Shown here in pieces: positions 1-7,572 of a DNA stretch of 53,339 nucleotides. Source of the stretch: a virus (taxonomy: Duplodnaviria; Caudoviricetes); IMG/VR virus record IMGVR_UViG_3300022921_000024, positions 1 to 53,339 of that record. One strand, given 5' to 3'. Under the pieces are notes generated by a model. The model did not search any database. It worked only from the letters and a program-made list of their open reading frames with translations, and had not been told where the DNA came from. How positions within the stretch are numbered: the first letter of the stretch is position 1; each line of letters starts with the position of its first letter. Both the position numbers and the translations under genes were made by a program.

Positions 1-1
1 C

Positions 2-1624
2 TCTCAAGGCAGTATGTTCTTTGGTCTAGGTGGTGGTGAAGAATTTGCAGTAGGTACAGATGCGGATTTAAACGGGGTTAATAGTAAGTTTGTAGTAAAA
101 CCCTCAGGCAACGTAGGTATTGGTACTACGAGTCCAGCATACAAGCTTCAAGTAAAAGGCGTGTCTGCAAATGTTAGCGATGGAGACCAGATATTTTCCG
201 TAGGCAACACCACGGGAGGAACTCAATTAGCTTTTGGTAGCTCTGAGAATTCTTATAACTGGCTTAGAAGTTATGAAAGTGGTGCTGGTGGTAGAGACTT
301 AGTTATTGCCACTAATGCAGAGGTGCTTCGCATCACCTCCGCAGGCAACGTAGGTATTGGTACTACGAGTCCGTCCGAGCATCTTTCCATAGAAGGCACA
401 GGAGACCAAGCGCTATCAATATATAGTAGCACTACAGGAGTTCAATCAACAGCTAGAACCTTTATCAAGTTATTTGGTCAAAATACCGCATCTACTAAGC
501 ACGAACAGGTTAGAATAGCATCCGCCCCTGGAGCAAGCGAATCAACAGCAGGACAGTTAATAATCAGCACTAACAATGCATCAGGTAATTTAACTGAGAG
601 ATTAAGGATAGACCAGGTTGGCAACGTAGGTATTGGAATAACCAATCCAGGGTCTTACGACAGTAATGCTGACAATTTAGTTATTGGGAGCGTTGGTGAA
701 AATGATAAAAACGGCATCACAATAGTTGGTGGTGACACCGATGGTAGAGGAGCTATATATTTTGCTGACACGACACAAAACAGTGCGGGATATATAACCT
801 ATAAGCACGTTAACAACTCTATGCTGTTTGGCACTTCTGACTCTACAGCTTTAACCATAGACTCTTCAGGCAACGTCGGCATTGGTACTACTAGTCCGAC
901 TGGTAAGCTACATATTGCTGATGACGGACCAAGTGCTTTAGTTATAGGGTCTGCGCAAATATCTACTATTGGAGAAACCAACAGTGGCGGATATCCGGGT
1001 ATGAAGATTGTCCCTTATAACAGTAATATTCATATCGGAATTAGCTCTACTAATGATAATAAGATAAACTTATGGTATGCAGGAAGTAATTACACTTATT
1101 GGCAACAGCTTTCTACCTATTCTGTAATTAGTAACTACTCAACTAATGCCTTAGTATTACAAGTAAACGGAGGCAACGTTGGTATAGGTACAACTAGTCC
1201 AACAAGCCCATTAGATGTATTAGGTAAGGTCTCAATAAACTCTGATGGAACTATTAACTGGGGAGCGAATAAAGATTACGGAAGGTTAACTTGGGATACT
1301 GGAAAAACTATTGTAAAAGCCTTAGCAAGCAAGGAGCTACATTTAGGAGCTAATAACCAGAACAGTGATTTAGTTATAAACACATCTGGTAACGTAGGTA
1401 TCGGTACTACTAGTCCTTCAGCACTGCTTCACGTTGCTGGAGAAGCACGGATTGACAATACAGGAGCATCTGTATCCAACCAATACACACCAACAGGAAG
1501 CAACAGCGTTGAAAATGTAATTGGCAACAACGAAGACAACAACGTACTTGGAACCCCTGATGTATGGCTTAGAATAAACGTAGACGGTACTAACTATGTA
1601 TTCCCCGGATACACAGAACCATAA
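2..1624 (+). CDS. Tail fibre protein, 5' part probably outside the window
   Basis: Six GNVGIG(T/I)T(S/N)P repeats separate beta-rich modules, typical of Bacteroidota phage fibres. The frame is open from position 2. C-terminus is WLRINVDGTNYVFPGY. Confidence 0.85.
   Translation, partial: SQGSMFFGLGGGEEFAVGTDADLNGVNSKFVVKPSGNVGIGTTSPAYKLQVKGVSANVSDGDQIFSVGNTTGGTQLAFGSSENSYNWLRSYESGAGGRDLVIATNAEVLRITSAGNVGIGTTSPSEHLSIEGTGDQALSIYSSTTGVQSTARTFIKLFGQNTASTKHEQVRIASAPGASESTAGQLIISTNNASGNLTERLRIDQVGNVGIGITNPGSYDSNADNLVIGSVGENDKNGITIVGGDTDGRGAIYFADTTQNSAGYITYKHVNNSMLFGTSDSTALTIDSSGNVGIGTTSPTGKLHIADDGPSALVIGSAQISTIGETNSGGYPGMKIVPYNSNIHIGISSTNDNKINLWYAGSNYTYWQQLSTYSVISNYSTNALVLQVNGGNVGIGTTSPTSPLDVLGKVSINSDGTINWGANKDYGRLTWDTGKTIVKALASKELHLGANNQNSDLVINTSGNVGIGTTSPSALLHVAGEARIDNTGASVSNQYTPTGSNSVENVIGNNEDNNVLGTPDVWLRINVDGTNYVFPGYTEP
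105..372 (+). repeat. Perfect 31-bp direct repeat (105-135 and 342-372) in the tail fibre gene
   Basis: CAGGCAACGTAGGTATTGGTACTACGAGTCC occurs twice, encoding GNVGIGTTS. Degenerate copies lie near 620, 869, 1172 and 1388. Confidence 0.9.
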
Positions 1625-1626
1625 TT

Positions 1627-1743
1627 ATGTTTAAACTCACGGAAGAAATGTTAAACAAAATCAAAGAGAGTGGTGTCCCGATTGTGGACATCACCCTTGA
1701 TGATTTGGCAACCGCCGAGGTGGTTGTACCACAACAAGAATAA
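1627..1743 (+). CDS. Small hypothetical protein (38 aa, MFKLTEEMLNKIKESG...)
   Basis: Read manually. ATG is 2 nt after the fibre stop and the ORF fills the gap. Confidence 0.55.
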   Translation: MFKLTEEMLNKIKESGVPIVDITLDDLATAEVVVPQQE

Positions 1744-1747
1744 TCCT

Positions 1748-1824
1748 TATATTTGCAACTTGGTTATTATTTTTAATAATAAATCACACACACCTTTAAA
1801 TAATGTTTTTTTTTCATATATTTG
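1748..1824 (+). promoter_or_regulatory. Two Bacteroidota -7 promoter elements (TATATTTG at 1748 and 1817)
   Basis: Match the TAnnTTTG consensus in an AT-rich intergenic region upstream of ATG 1846. Confidence 0.65.
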
Positions 1825-1845
1825 TACCTCTAAAAGAAAGTAAAA

Positions 1846-2220
1846 ATGGCTAACACTTATTCTTGGGACTGTAAGACAGTAGACACTTATCCCACACAAG
1901 ATGAATTCTCTGATGTTGTATACAACGTCCACTGGCGCTTGACTGGCACTGACGAGTCTGGCGAACACTCTGCTACCGTTATTGGTACGCAAACGATTAC
2001 TGTAGAAACTCTTGACGCAGAAGGCTTTGTTTCTTTTGAAGACTTGACCCACGAAGATGTTATCGGATGGGTGGAGACTGAGATGGGCGAAGAGCGTGTT
2101 GCTGAACTGCAAGCGTCAGTTGACTCACAGATTGCTGACAAAATTGCACCTAAGTCTGTCACTAAGACGATTGGCGCAGTTGTTGATACTCCTATTGCCG
2201 AAGCTCCTATTGAGGAGTAA
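1846..2220 (+). CDS. Tail-fibre-associated protein (124 aa)
   Basis: YSW...DVVYNVHWR...F.DLT...VIGWV pattern, commonly found next to phage fibre genes. Acidic. Confidence 0.6.
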   Translation: MANTYSWDCKTVDTYPTQDEFSDVVYNVHWRLTGTDESGEHSATVIGTQTITVETLDAEGFVSFEDLTHEDVIGWVETEMGEERVAELQASVDSQIADKIAPKSVTKTIGAVVDTPIAEAPIEE

Positions 2221-2251
2221 TATTTTTTTATAATCTCTAATTTTAATTCAA

Positions 2252-2512
2252 ATGGCTAAAGTCAAAGAAGAAATGCTTGCGCCCGTAAACGATGCACGTC
2301 AGGCTATGCAAGCTATCCAAGTTGAACTAGGTGCACTCGCACTTGCTGAACTACGTAAGGAAGCCTTGTTGGCTGCTTACAAAGAGCAACAGCAGAAGAT
2401 GCAAGAGGCTACTGATGCTATTCAAACCGAATACGGTGATGGCTCTGTGGACTTGGAAAGCGGTGAGTTTACTCCCGGAGAAGCCCCTGCTGCTGAAGTA
2501 GTGGAGGAGTAA
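2252..2512 (+). CDS. Small coiled-coil phage protein (86 aa)
   Basis: Heptad helix ending in EYGDGSVDLESGEF. Followed by a terminator. Confidence 0.7.
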   Translation: MAKVKEEMLAPVNDARQAMQAIQVELGALALAELRKEALLAAYKEQQQKMQEATDAIQTEYGDGSVDLESGEFTPGEAPAAEVVEE

Positions 2513-2556
2513 AAAAGAACAATAGTTAAAGATTAGTAGATTGGTTCTTTACTATG

Positions 2557-2589
2557 GGGGTCGGCTTAACGCCGGCCCCTTTCTTTTTT
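2557..2589 (+). terminator. Rho-independent terminator
   Basis: GGGGTCGGC-TTAAC-GCCGGCCCC stem-loop followed by TTTCTTTTTT. Confidence 0.85.
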
Positions 2590-2592
2590 GCG

Positions 2593-2600
2593 TATCTTTG
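2593..2600 (+). promoter_or_regulatory. -7 promoter element TATCTTTG
   Basis: Lies between the terminator and ATG 2637. Confidence 0.65.
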
Positions 2601-2636
2601 CGCTAGTCATATGCTCAACTCATTAACGTAGAAGAA

Positions 2637-3176
2637 ATGCCAGACCCTAAGAAAAAAACAAACGCTAGTAGCGTTTCAGGAATCGGACTTGGTACTGCCT
2701 TAAAGCAGCAAAACCGTATGACTCGTCAAAAGTATGACGCTATGTCTACTGAAGAAAAAGACGCTTATCACGCTCAAGTAGCTGCTGAAGAAGAGCGAGA
2801 TGCATACAATAGGATGAATTCCATTGACCAAAACGACCCTCGAGCAGTTCGGGCTAGTGAAGATGCAGCAAGAATTGAGCAGCGCAAAAAGAAAAATAAA
2901 ACCTATAAGGATGTTTATGGTGTTGAGCCAGAAAGCGAAGACATAAGTGTTTTGGAAAAACGTGGATATTTCAGAACTGATTTTGGTGATGATGAGTTTA
3001 AGCACGGCGAAGTATACTCAGGTGAGGCTGATACAAGGCGCCGAAGGGAAGAATATTACGCGGGGAAAACAGGAGTCGGTGGAGAAATTAGATATAGAAA
3101 TTATCAAGACAAAATATCAAAAATGGGTGCTGAAATTTTAGCGCGAACAAAGGCTAAGAAAAATGGCCAAGAGTAA
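2637..3176 (+). CDS. Hypothetical charged protein (179 aa, starts MPDPKK)
   Basis: ORF with an upstream promoter motif. Highly charged. Confidence 0.7.
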   Translation: MPDPKKKTNASSVSGIGLGTALKQQNRMTRQKYDAMSTEEKDAYHAQVAAEEERDAYNRMNSIDQNDPRAVRASEDAARIEQRKKKNKTYKDVYGVEPESEDISVLEKRGYFRTDFGDDEFKHGEVYSGEADTRRRREEYYAGKTGVGGEIRYRNYQDKISKMGAEILARTKAKKNGQE

Positions 3177-3423
3177 GACACAAGAGTACTACGACAAGAA
3201 TCCGAAGGCTAAGGCCAAGAAGAAGGCGTACGATACTCAATACAATAAGAAGACCGTTAAGGACCGAGTAGCGCGCAACGCCGCGCGACGTGCCCTAATC
3301 AAGGCTGGACAGGTTAAGGTTGGCGACGGAAAAGACGTTGACCACAAGAACGGGAACCCGCTTGACAACAGGCGTTCTAACCTTTCCGTTATGGGAAAAA
3401 GTAGAAACAGAGCAAAGCATTAA
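3163..3423 (+). CDS. Small HNH endonuclease-domain protein
   Basis: DVDHKNGNPLDNRRSNL is an HNH (ββα-Me) motif. Basic N-terminus. Confidence 0.8.
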   Translation: MAKSKTQEYYDKNPKAKAKKKAYDTQYNKKTVKDRVARNAARRALIKAGQVKVGDGKDVDHKNGNPLDNRRSNLSVMGKSRNRAKH

Positions 3424-3433
3424 TTAAGCAATG

Positions 3434-3464
3434 GGGTCACGTAAATGTGACCCTTTTCTTTTTT
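3434..3464 (+). terminator. Rho-independent terminator, immediately followed by TATCTTTG (3464-3471)
   Basis: GGGTCAC-GTAAAT-GTGACCC stem-loop plus T tract. Confidence 0.75.
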
Positions 3465-3480
3465 ATCTTTGTAGCAATCA

Positions 3481-3753
3481 ATGCTATCGCAATTTAATAT
3501 GAGTATTTTTAAAAATATAAAGAATAAAGCTATGGCTTTTATTGACATCTTTAAGGATAGCAACGAATACAACGAGAAGACCATCATTGGATTTATGTCC
3601 TTTGCTGTTATGGTTTTGGTGATGCTTGCTGACGTAATCACTGGATGGGTCGGGCAAGACCTCGTAATCAACGAAACCATTTACAACAGTTTTGTATTCG
3701 TAACCCTTGGAGCTTTCGGTATTGCCGGCCTTGAAAAATTTGCAAAAAAATGA
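3481..3753 (+). CDS. Holin-like membrane protein (true start may be 3499 or 3532)
   Basis: Two hydrophobic segments and a basic C-terminus. First gene of the cassette that contains the amidase. Confidence 0.6.
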   Translation: MLSQFNMSIFKNIKNKAMAFIDIFKDSNEYNEKTIIGFMSFAVMVLVMLADVITGWVGQDLVINETIYNSFVFVTLGAFGIAGLEKFAKK

Positions 3754-4049
3754 AACTCTACGAGGGCGAAGGTAAGTTTACGGAAGTTAGTGAAGATACT
3801 GTTCTTGGCGTAAGCATTAAGACGCTTATTGCGTTGAGTGTTGGTTTGTCTATCGCCGTTGGTGCATACTATAATTTGCAAGCAGAGATTGATGTCGCAA
3901 AAAAGCTTCCAGAGCCGGCAATCTCTCGAACTGAATTTGACCTCAAAGACAACTTGGTTCGTGAAACCATTATGAACAACGCCAAGAACATTGAGGACAT
4001 CAAGCGTCAGCTTGACAAAATTGAAACTCGTTTATACGAAATAAAATGA
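3750..4049 (+). CDS. Single-TM coiled-coil protein (lysis-cassette accessory)
   Basis: TM segment TLIALSVGLSIAVGAYY and a C-terminal coiled coil. ATGA overlaps at both ends. Confidence 0.65.
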   Translation: MKLYEGEGKFTEVSEDTVLGVSIKTLIALSVGLSIAVGAYYNLQAEIDVAKKLPEPAISRTEFDLKDNLVRETIMNNAKNIEDIKRQLDKIETRLYEIK

Positions 4050-4369
4050 AAGCCCTGTTCGCCTGTGCCTTATTTTTTATGTCTTTCTCTGTAAATAGGC
4101 AGATGATTAACGATAAAATGGTCATAGAATTTAATGCTGGATTCAATAAGTCCAATACCTACGACCAGCTAGGTAGAGTTGATGGAGCAAAGTTATATCG
4201 TGTAGATATTGAACGTAAGCCAGGTATGAAGGACAAGTATAATATTAAATCTGTTCCTACTATTATTTACTTTAACGGCGGTCAAGAGAAGTACCGCTGG
4301 GAGGCTGGACTAGATATGAAGCTCCACATACATCATACAGAGATACAAGAAGTCGTAAATAGATACTAA
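4046..4369 (+). CDS. Secreted thioredoxin-like fold protein lacking CxxC
   Basis: Signal peptide. VIEFNAGFN, YRVDIE and YNIKSVPTIIYF (cis-Pro motif) resemble thioredoxin. Confidence 0.65.
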   Translation: MKALFACALFFMSFSVNRQMINDKMVIEFNAGFNKSNTYDQLGRVDGAKLYRVDIERKPGMKDKYNIKSVPTIIYFNGGQEKYRWEAGLDMKLHIHHTEIQEVVNRY

Positions 4370-4370
4370 T

Positions 4371-5039
4371 ATGAGCTTTTTGAAAGACATTCTGCAAGTA
4401 GAATTTTCTTCTAATGAATATATAAGAGAAGAGTTTCCCAAAAAGCAAATCTATTTACACCATACCGCCGGTAATTCTAGCGGAGTTTCTACGTTTCGCC
4501 AATGGGATGCGGATTCTCGTGGCCGTATTGCCACTTGTGTTTGCGTTAGCGGAAAGGGAGCCAAAGAGGGCGATGGTCGAATTGTACAAGGCTTTAGTTC
4601 AAAGTATTGGGCATACCACCTTGGCGCAAAACAAGAGATATTTAAGGCCTATGACGTTCCGTATATTTCTCTTGATAAAATCAGCATCGGGATTGAAATA
4701 TGTGCCTGGGGCCAATTAGAAGAGAAAAACGGAAAGTACTACAACTACGTTAATCGAGAGGTATCAAAGGAAGATGTATGCACTCTTGATGAGCCATATA
4801 AGAAACACATCCACTTTCATCGCTATACCGATGAGCAAATCCGAAGCGTAGAAAACTTAATTAAGTACTGGAGCGAGAACTACGGAATTCCGTTATCCTA
4901 TAGCGAAGAGGATATGTGGGATGTTTCAACATCCGCGCTGTCTGGCGAACCCGGACTGTATACACACAATTCAGTCCGAAAAGACAAGATTGATATATTC
5001 CCACAACCAGAAATGATTCAAATGCTCAAATCCTTATAA
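4371..5039 (+). CDS. Endolysin, N-acetylmuramoyl-L-alanine amidase (Amidase_2 type)
   Basis: IYLHHTAG, WAYHLG, SIGIEIC and YTHNSVRKDKIDI are Zn-amidase motifs. Confidence 0.9.
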   Translation: MSFLKDILQVEFSSNEYIREEFPKKQIYLHHTAGNSSGVSTFRQWDADSRGRIATCVCVSGKGAKEGDGRIVQGFSSKYWAYHLGAKQEIFKAYDVPYISLDKISIGIEICAWGQLEEKNGKYYNYVNREVSKEDVCTLDEPYKKHIHFHRYTDEQIRSVENLIKYWSENYGIPLSYSEEDMWDVSTSALSGEPGLYTHNSVRKDKIDIFPQPEMIQMLKSL

Positions 5040-5464
5040 TGAAATGTCACTACATCCTGCCTTTTGTCATCCTTATACTTTCTGGGTGCTCAGCCGAATG
5101 GCATCTATCAAAAGCCGTATACAAGAACCCGTCAATACTCAAACCGAAGACGATGATTGTCACGGACACGGTTGTTACCGACCCGATTGTTGTCAGGGAT
5201 ACGGTCACCACCTCGCAAGTGGATACAGTAGAGATAGTAAAGGACAAGTTCCGAGTGAAGATTATGCGGAGCTACGACACCCTTATAATCGATGGCGGTT
5301 GCGATAGCGACACAATTGTTCGCACTGTAAGAGTAGAGGTTCCAGTTGTTGAATACAAGGAAAGAAATGGAATTCTTGATTCAATGCACCGAGGCTCTTT
5401 TTACGTTTTGTTATTTGGGATATTGGTCTTTATCGTAAAAGACTTAATAAACAAACGATTCTAA
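5039..5464 (+). CDS. Putative unimolecular spanin (lipoprotein with C-terminal TM)
   Basis: Lipobox LSGC at the N-terminus, beta-rich DT repeats, C-terminal TM (FYVLLFGILVFIV). Follows the endolysin directly. Confidence 0.6.
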   Translation: MKCHYILPFVILILSGCSAEWHLSKAVYKNPSILKPKTMIVTDTVVTDPIVVRDTVTTSQVDTVEIVKDKFRVKIMRSYDTLIIDGGCDSDTIVRTVRVEVPVVEYKERNGILDSMHRGSFYVLLFGILVFIVKDLINKRF

Positions 5465-5465
5465 A

Positions 5466-5603
5466 ATGGTCAAGAAGATTGGTGACTCATATGAAGTTGT
5501 ATCAAAGAGCGGAAAGCTTTTGGGTAAGTTCGCTACTGAGGCTGCAGCTAAAAAAAGGCTACAGCAAATAGAGTTTTTTAAACGCAAGAAAAAAGGGGCC
5601 TAA
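5466..5603 (+). CDS. Small basic protein (45 aa, MVKKIGDSYEVVSKSGKLLGK...)
   Basis: Read manually. Starts 1 nt after the preceding stop and ends within the bidirectional hairpin. Confidence 0.6.
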   Translation: MVKKIGDSYEVVSKSGKLLGKFATEAAAKKRLQQIEFFKRKKKGA

Positions 5604-5618
5604 GCCCCTTTCTTTTTA
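5586..5618. terminator. Bidirectional terminator between convergent genes
   Basis: AAGAAAAAAGGGGC-CTAA-GCCCCTTTCTTTTT. Confidence 0.85.
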
Positions 5619-5797
5619 ACTTCAGAGTATTCCTCTGACGACATACGAACACCTCGCATATAAGCTCTTAACAGCTTCTTCGTTCCTCTCATTCTTTCTT
5701 TGTAATCTTCAAACGTCTCGTCATCAAATCTCTTTGCGTCCAGAGAAGCCCACCGTTCGGATACTCGATTTGAGTAATCGTTATTTTCCTTGTCCAC
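5600..5797 (-). CDS. Hypothetical protein (65 aa)
   Basis: Charged helix RFDDETFEDYKERMR. Ends at the terminator. Confidence 0.55.
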   Translation of the reverse strand: MDKENNDYSNRVSERWASLDAKRFDDETFEDYKERMRGTKKLLRAYMRGVRMSSEEYSEVKKKGA

Positions 5798-5918
5798 GAT
5801 ACTGTTTCTTATAGTTTGTTGCGTTCTTGCTTTTAGAAGTCTTTGTCTTAGCGTGAACTCCCGGACGGCTAACCTTAGCCTTTGTTTTAGCGCCTATGGC
5901 TTGTTGCAGTTTAGACAT
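5781..5918 (-). CDS. Small basic protein (45 aa) ending NYKKQYRGQGK
   Basis: Read manually. Similar YKKxYRGQG-ending micro-proteins are recurrent in phages. Coupled to the upstream stop (TAATG). Confidence 0.7.
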   Translation of the reverse strand: MSKLQQAIGAKTKAKVSRPGVHAKTKTSKSKNATNYKKQYRGQGK

Positions 5919-6226
5919 TATTCAAATATGTAATAGTAATAAAGTTCTTGGCCGCTACCAGTGTTCAATGTCTTAACTAAGACGCTGGTGTTTCCGTTTT
6001 CATTTTCCTTTTTCCAAGAAAGGCTAATGATTGTTCCTTGTTCGTATGTATCAATCTCGAACTGCTCTGCAGTTTTCATAATGTTCCTAACTCGGAAACT
6101 ATGACCTCGCATAATAATATTACTTTTTTTCACGGCCTCAAATATAACCTTTGGCTCTGTGCTAACATCTTGTCCGTACGCTAAAAGCGTTAAGGACATT
6201 GCGAGGGTTAAGAAAATGTTCTTCAT
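5918..6226 (-). CDS. Secreted/periplasmic hypothetical protein (102 aa)
   Basis: Bacteroidota-style signal peptide MKNIFLTLAMSLTLLAYG followed by Q. Confidence 0.7.
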   Translation of the reverse strand: MKNIFLTLAMSLTLLAYGQDVSTEPKVIFEAVKKSNIIMRGHSFRVRNIMKTAEQFEIDTYEQGTIISLSWKKENENGNTSVLVKTLNTGSGQELYYYYIFE

Positions 6227-6237
6227 AATAGATTGGT

Positions 6238-6289
6238 TACTTAAGTAAGTACGTCTTTACTCGTTGTTCTCGTAAAGACTACTTAAGTA
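6238..6289. promoter_or_regulatory. Paired TACTTAAGTA palindromes with an inner inverted repeat (operator/cruciform candidate)
   Basis: TACTTAAGTA at 6238-6247 and 6280-6289. GTCTTTAC (6253-6260) pairs with GTAAAGAC (6272-6279). Located in a divergent intergenic region. Confidence 0.5.
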
Positions 6290-6309
6290 TATAGTTACTA
6301 TTTTTTACA

Positions 6310-6361
6310 TATCTTTGCAAGGAACTTTATTTATTAATTATAAACAAAGTTTGTATATTTG
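6310..6361 (+). promoter_or_regulatory. Two -7 elements (TATCTTTG 6310, TATATTTG 6354) upstream of the podovirus-type head operon
   Basis: Match the Bacteroidota TAnnTTTG consensus. Confidence 0.65.
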
Positions 6362-6384
6362 CATATTAATCTAATTCAATCGCT

Positions 6385-7545
6385 ATGTCAGAAGACCTAG
6401 AAAACTTGGCTACTAGTCTTGGTTTAAACCTTGTCAATAGCCCTCAGGAATCGGAACAGACTCCCGAACCTGCAGAAGAATCAACTGAGCCAATTGTTGG
6501 CGGCGTTGAAGAAGAGTCTAACGTTCTTGAAAATACATCTGAGGAGGCTGCCGAGGAAACGGTGTCAGAAGAACAGCAAGAAGCTGTTTCTGAAACAACC
6601 GTCCCTGAAACGGAAGCATCCGATGAGCCGCAAACTGTTAGTTTTTCCGATGAGGAAATCATCAAGGCCGTTTCCGAAATGGTTGGGATTGATGGGACCT
6701 TCTCTAAGGAGGAACTAATAGAACTTTTAACCTCTAGTGGTGATGAGGTCCAGCAAGAACTTGACCCAACGGTCAAGGCAATTGCAGACTTTATCTCATC
6801 TACCGGGAAAACGGCAGACGATTGGTTTATGTATCAGTCCTTTAACCCATCCGAAATGGATGATTTGACTGTGTTGAAAACCGACCTTCAGCTGCAATAT
6901 CCGGACTTATCCGAAGAAGATGCGCAACTTCTGATGGAAGCTAAGTACAAGTTAAACTCAGACGAGCATAGTGAGAATGATGTTCGACTGGGTATGCTGC
7001 AACTTAAAATGGATGCAAAAGCTGCTAGAGATGGACTTGAAAAAGTCCGAGAATCATATCGCGTTCCAGAGCGGAAAGAAGTTAAGCAAGATTCGAAAGA
7101 AGATGCTGTATTTCAATCTCCAATTGACGATGCGTGGATTTCAAATATGTCAAAGACTGTTGACTCAATGGAAACATTGAAATTCAACGTTGGAGACAAG
7201 GAATTTAACTTCGGGTTAGATTCAAAGTACAAGAGTTCTTTGAAAAGCAGTAATGCAGATTTAGAAAACTATTTCGTTCAGTATATTTCTGAAGACGGAA
7301 GTTGGGACTTTAATAGGTTATCAACTCACCGCGCAGTAGTTGACAACATCGACGCCATTGTCAAGGCCGTTTACGGTCAGGGCCTTAGTGACGGTCAAAG
7401 CAGTGTTGTAAAAGAGGCCGTAAATCCTTCTAGCACCGCTCCTTCTTCTAGTTCTGTTGACACCGCTTCTGCAGAGGACAAAGTACGAAAGCAAATTCTC
7501 AACGCCTTGAGGGGTGGCGACGATACTCTCTCAATTCGTTTTTAA
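6385..7545 (+). CDS. Capsid scaffolding protein (module 1)
   Basis: Very acidic, disordered N-terminus, helical core and YGQGLSDG motif. Immediately upstream of the capsid gene, as in phi38:1/crAss-like phages. Confidence 0.75.
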   Translation: MSEDLENLATSLGLNLVNSPQESEQTPEPAEESTEPIVGGVEEESNVLENTSEEAAEETVSEEQQEAVSETTVPETEASDEPQTVSFSDEEIIKAVSEMVGIDGTFSKEELIELLTSSGDEVQQELDPTVKAIADFISSTGKTADDWFMYQSFNPSEMDDLTVLKTDLQLQYPDLSEEDAQLLMEAKYKLNSDEHSENDVRLGMLQLKMDAKAARDGLEKVRESYRVPERKEVKQDSKEDAVFQSPIDDAWISNMSKTVDSMETLKFNVGDKEFNFGLDSKYKSSLKSSNADLENYFVQYISEDGSWDFNRLSTHRAVVDNIDAIVKAVYGQGLSDGQSSVVKEAVNPSSTAPSSSSVDTASAEDKVRKQILNALRGGDDTLSIRF

Positions 7546-7572
7546 TGTTCAATCGCCTAATAAATAGAAAAA

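Noticed and set aside
1-2220. Diversity-generating retroelement acting on the tail fibre
   Set aside because: No reverse transcriptase, and no TR/VR pair with adenine-specific mismatches in the window.
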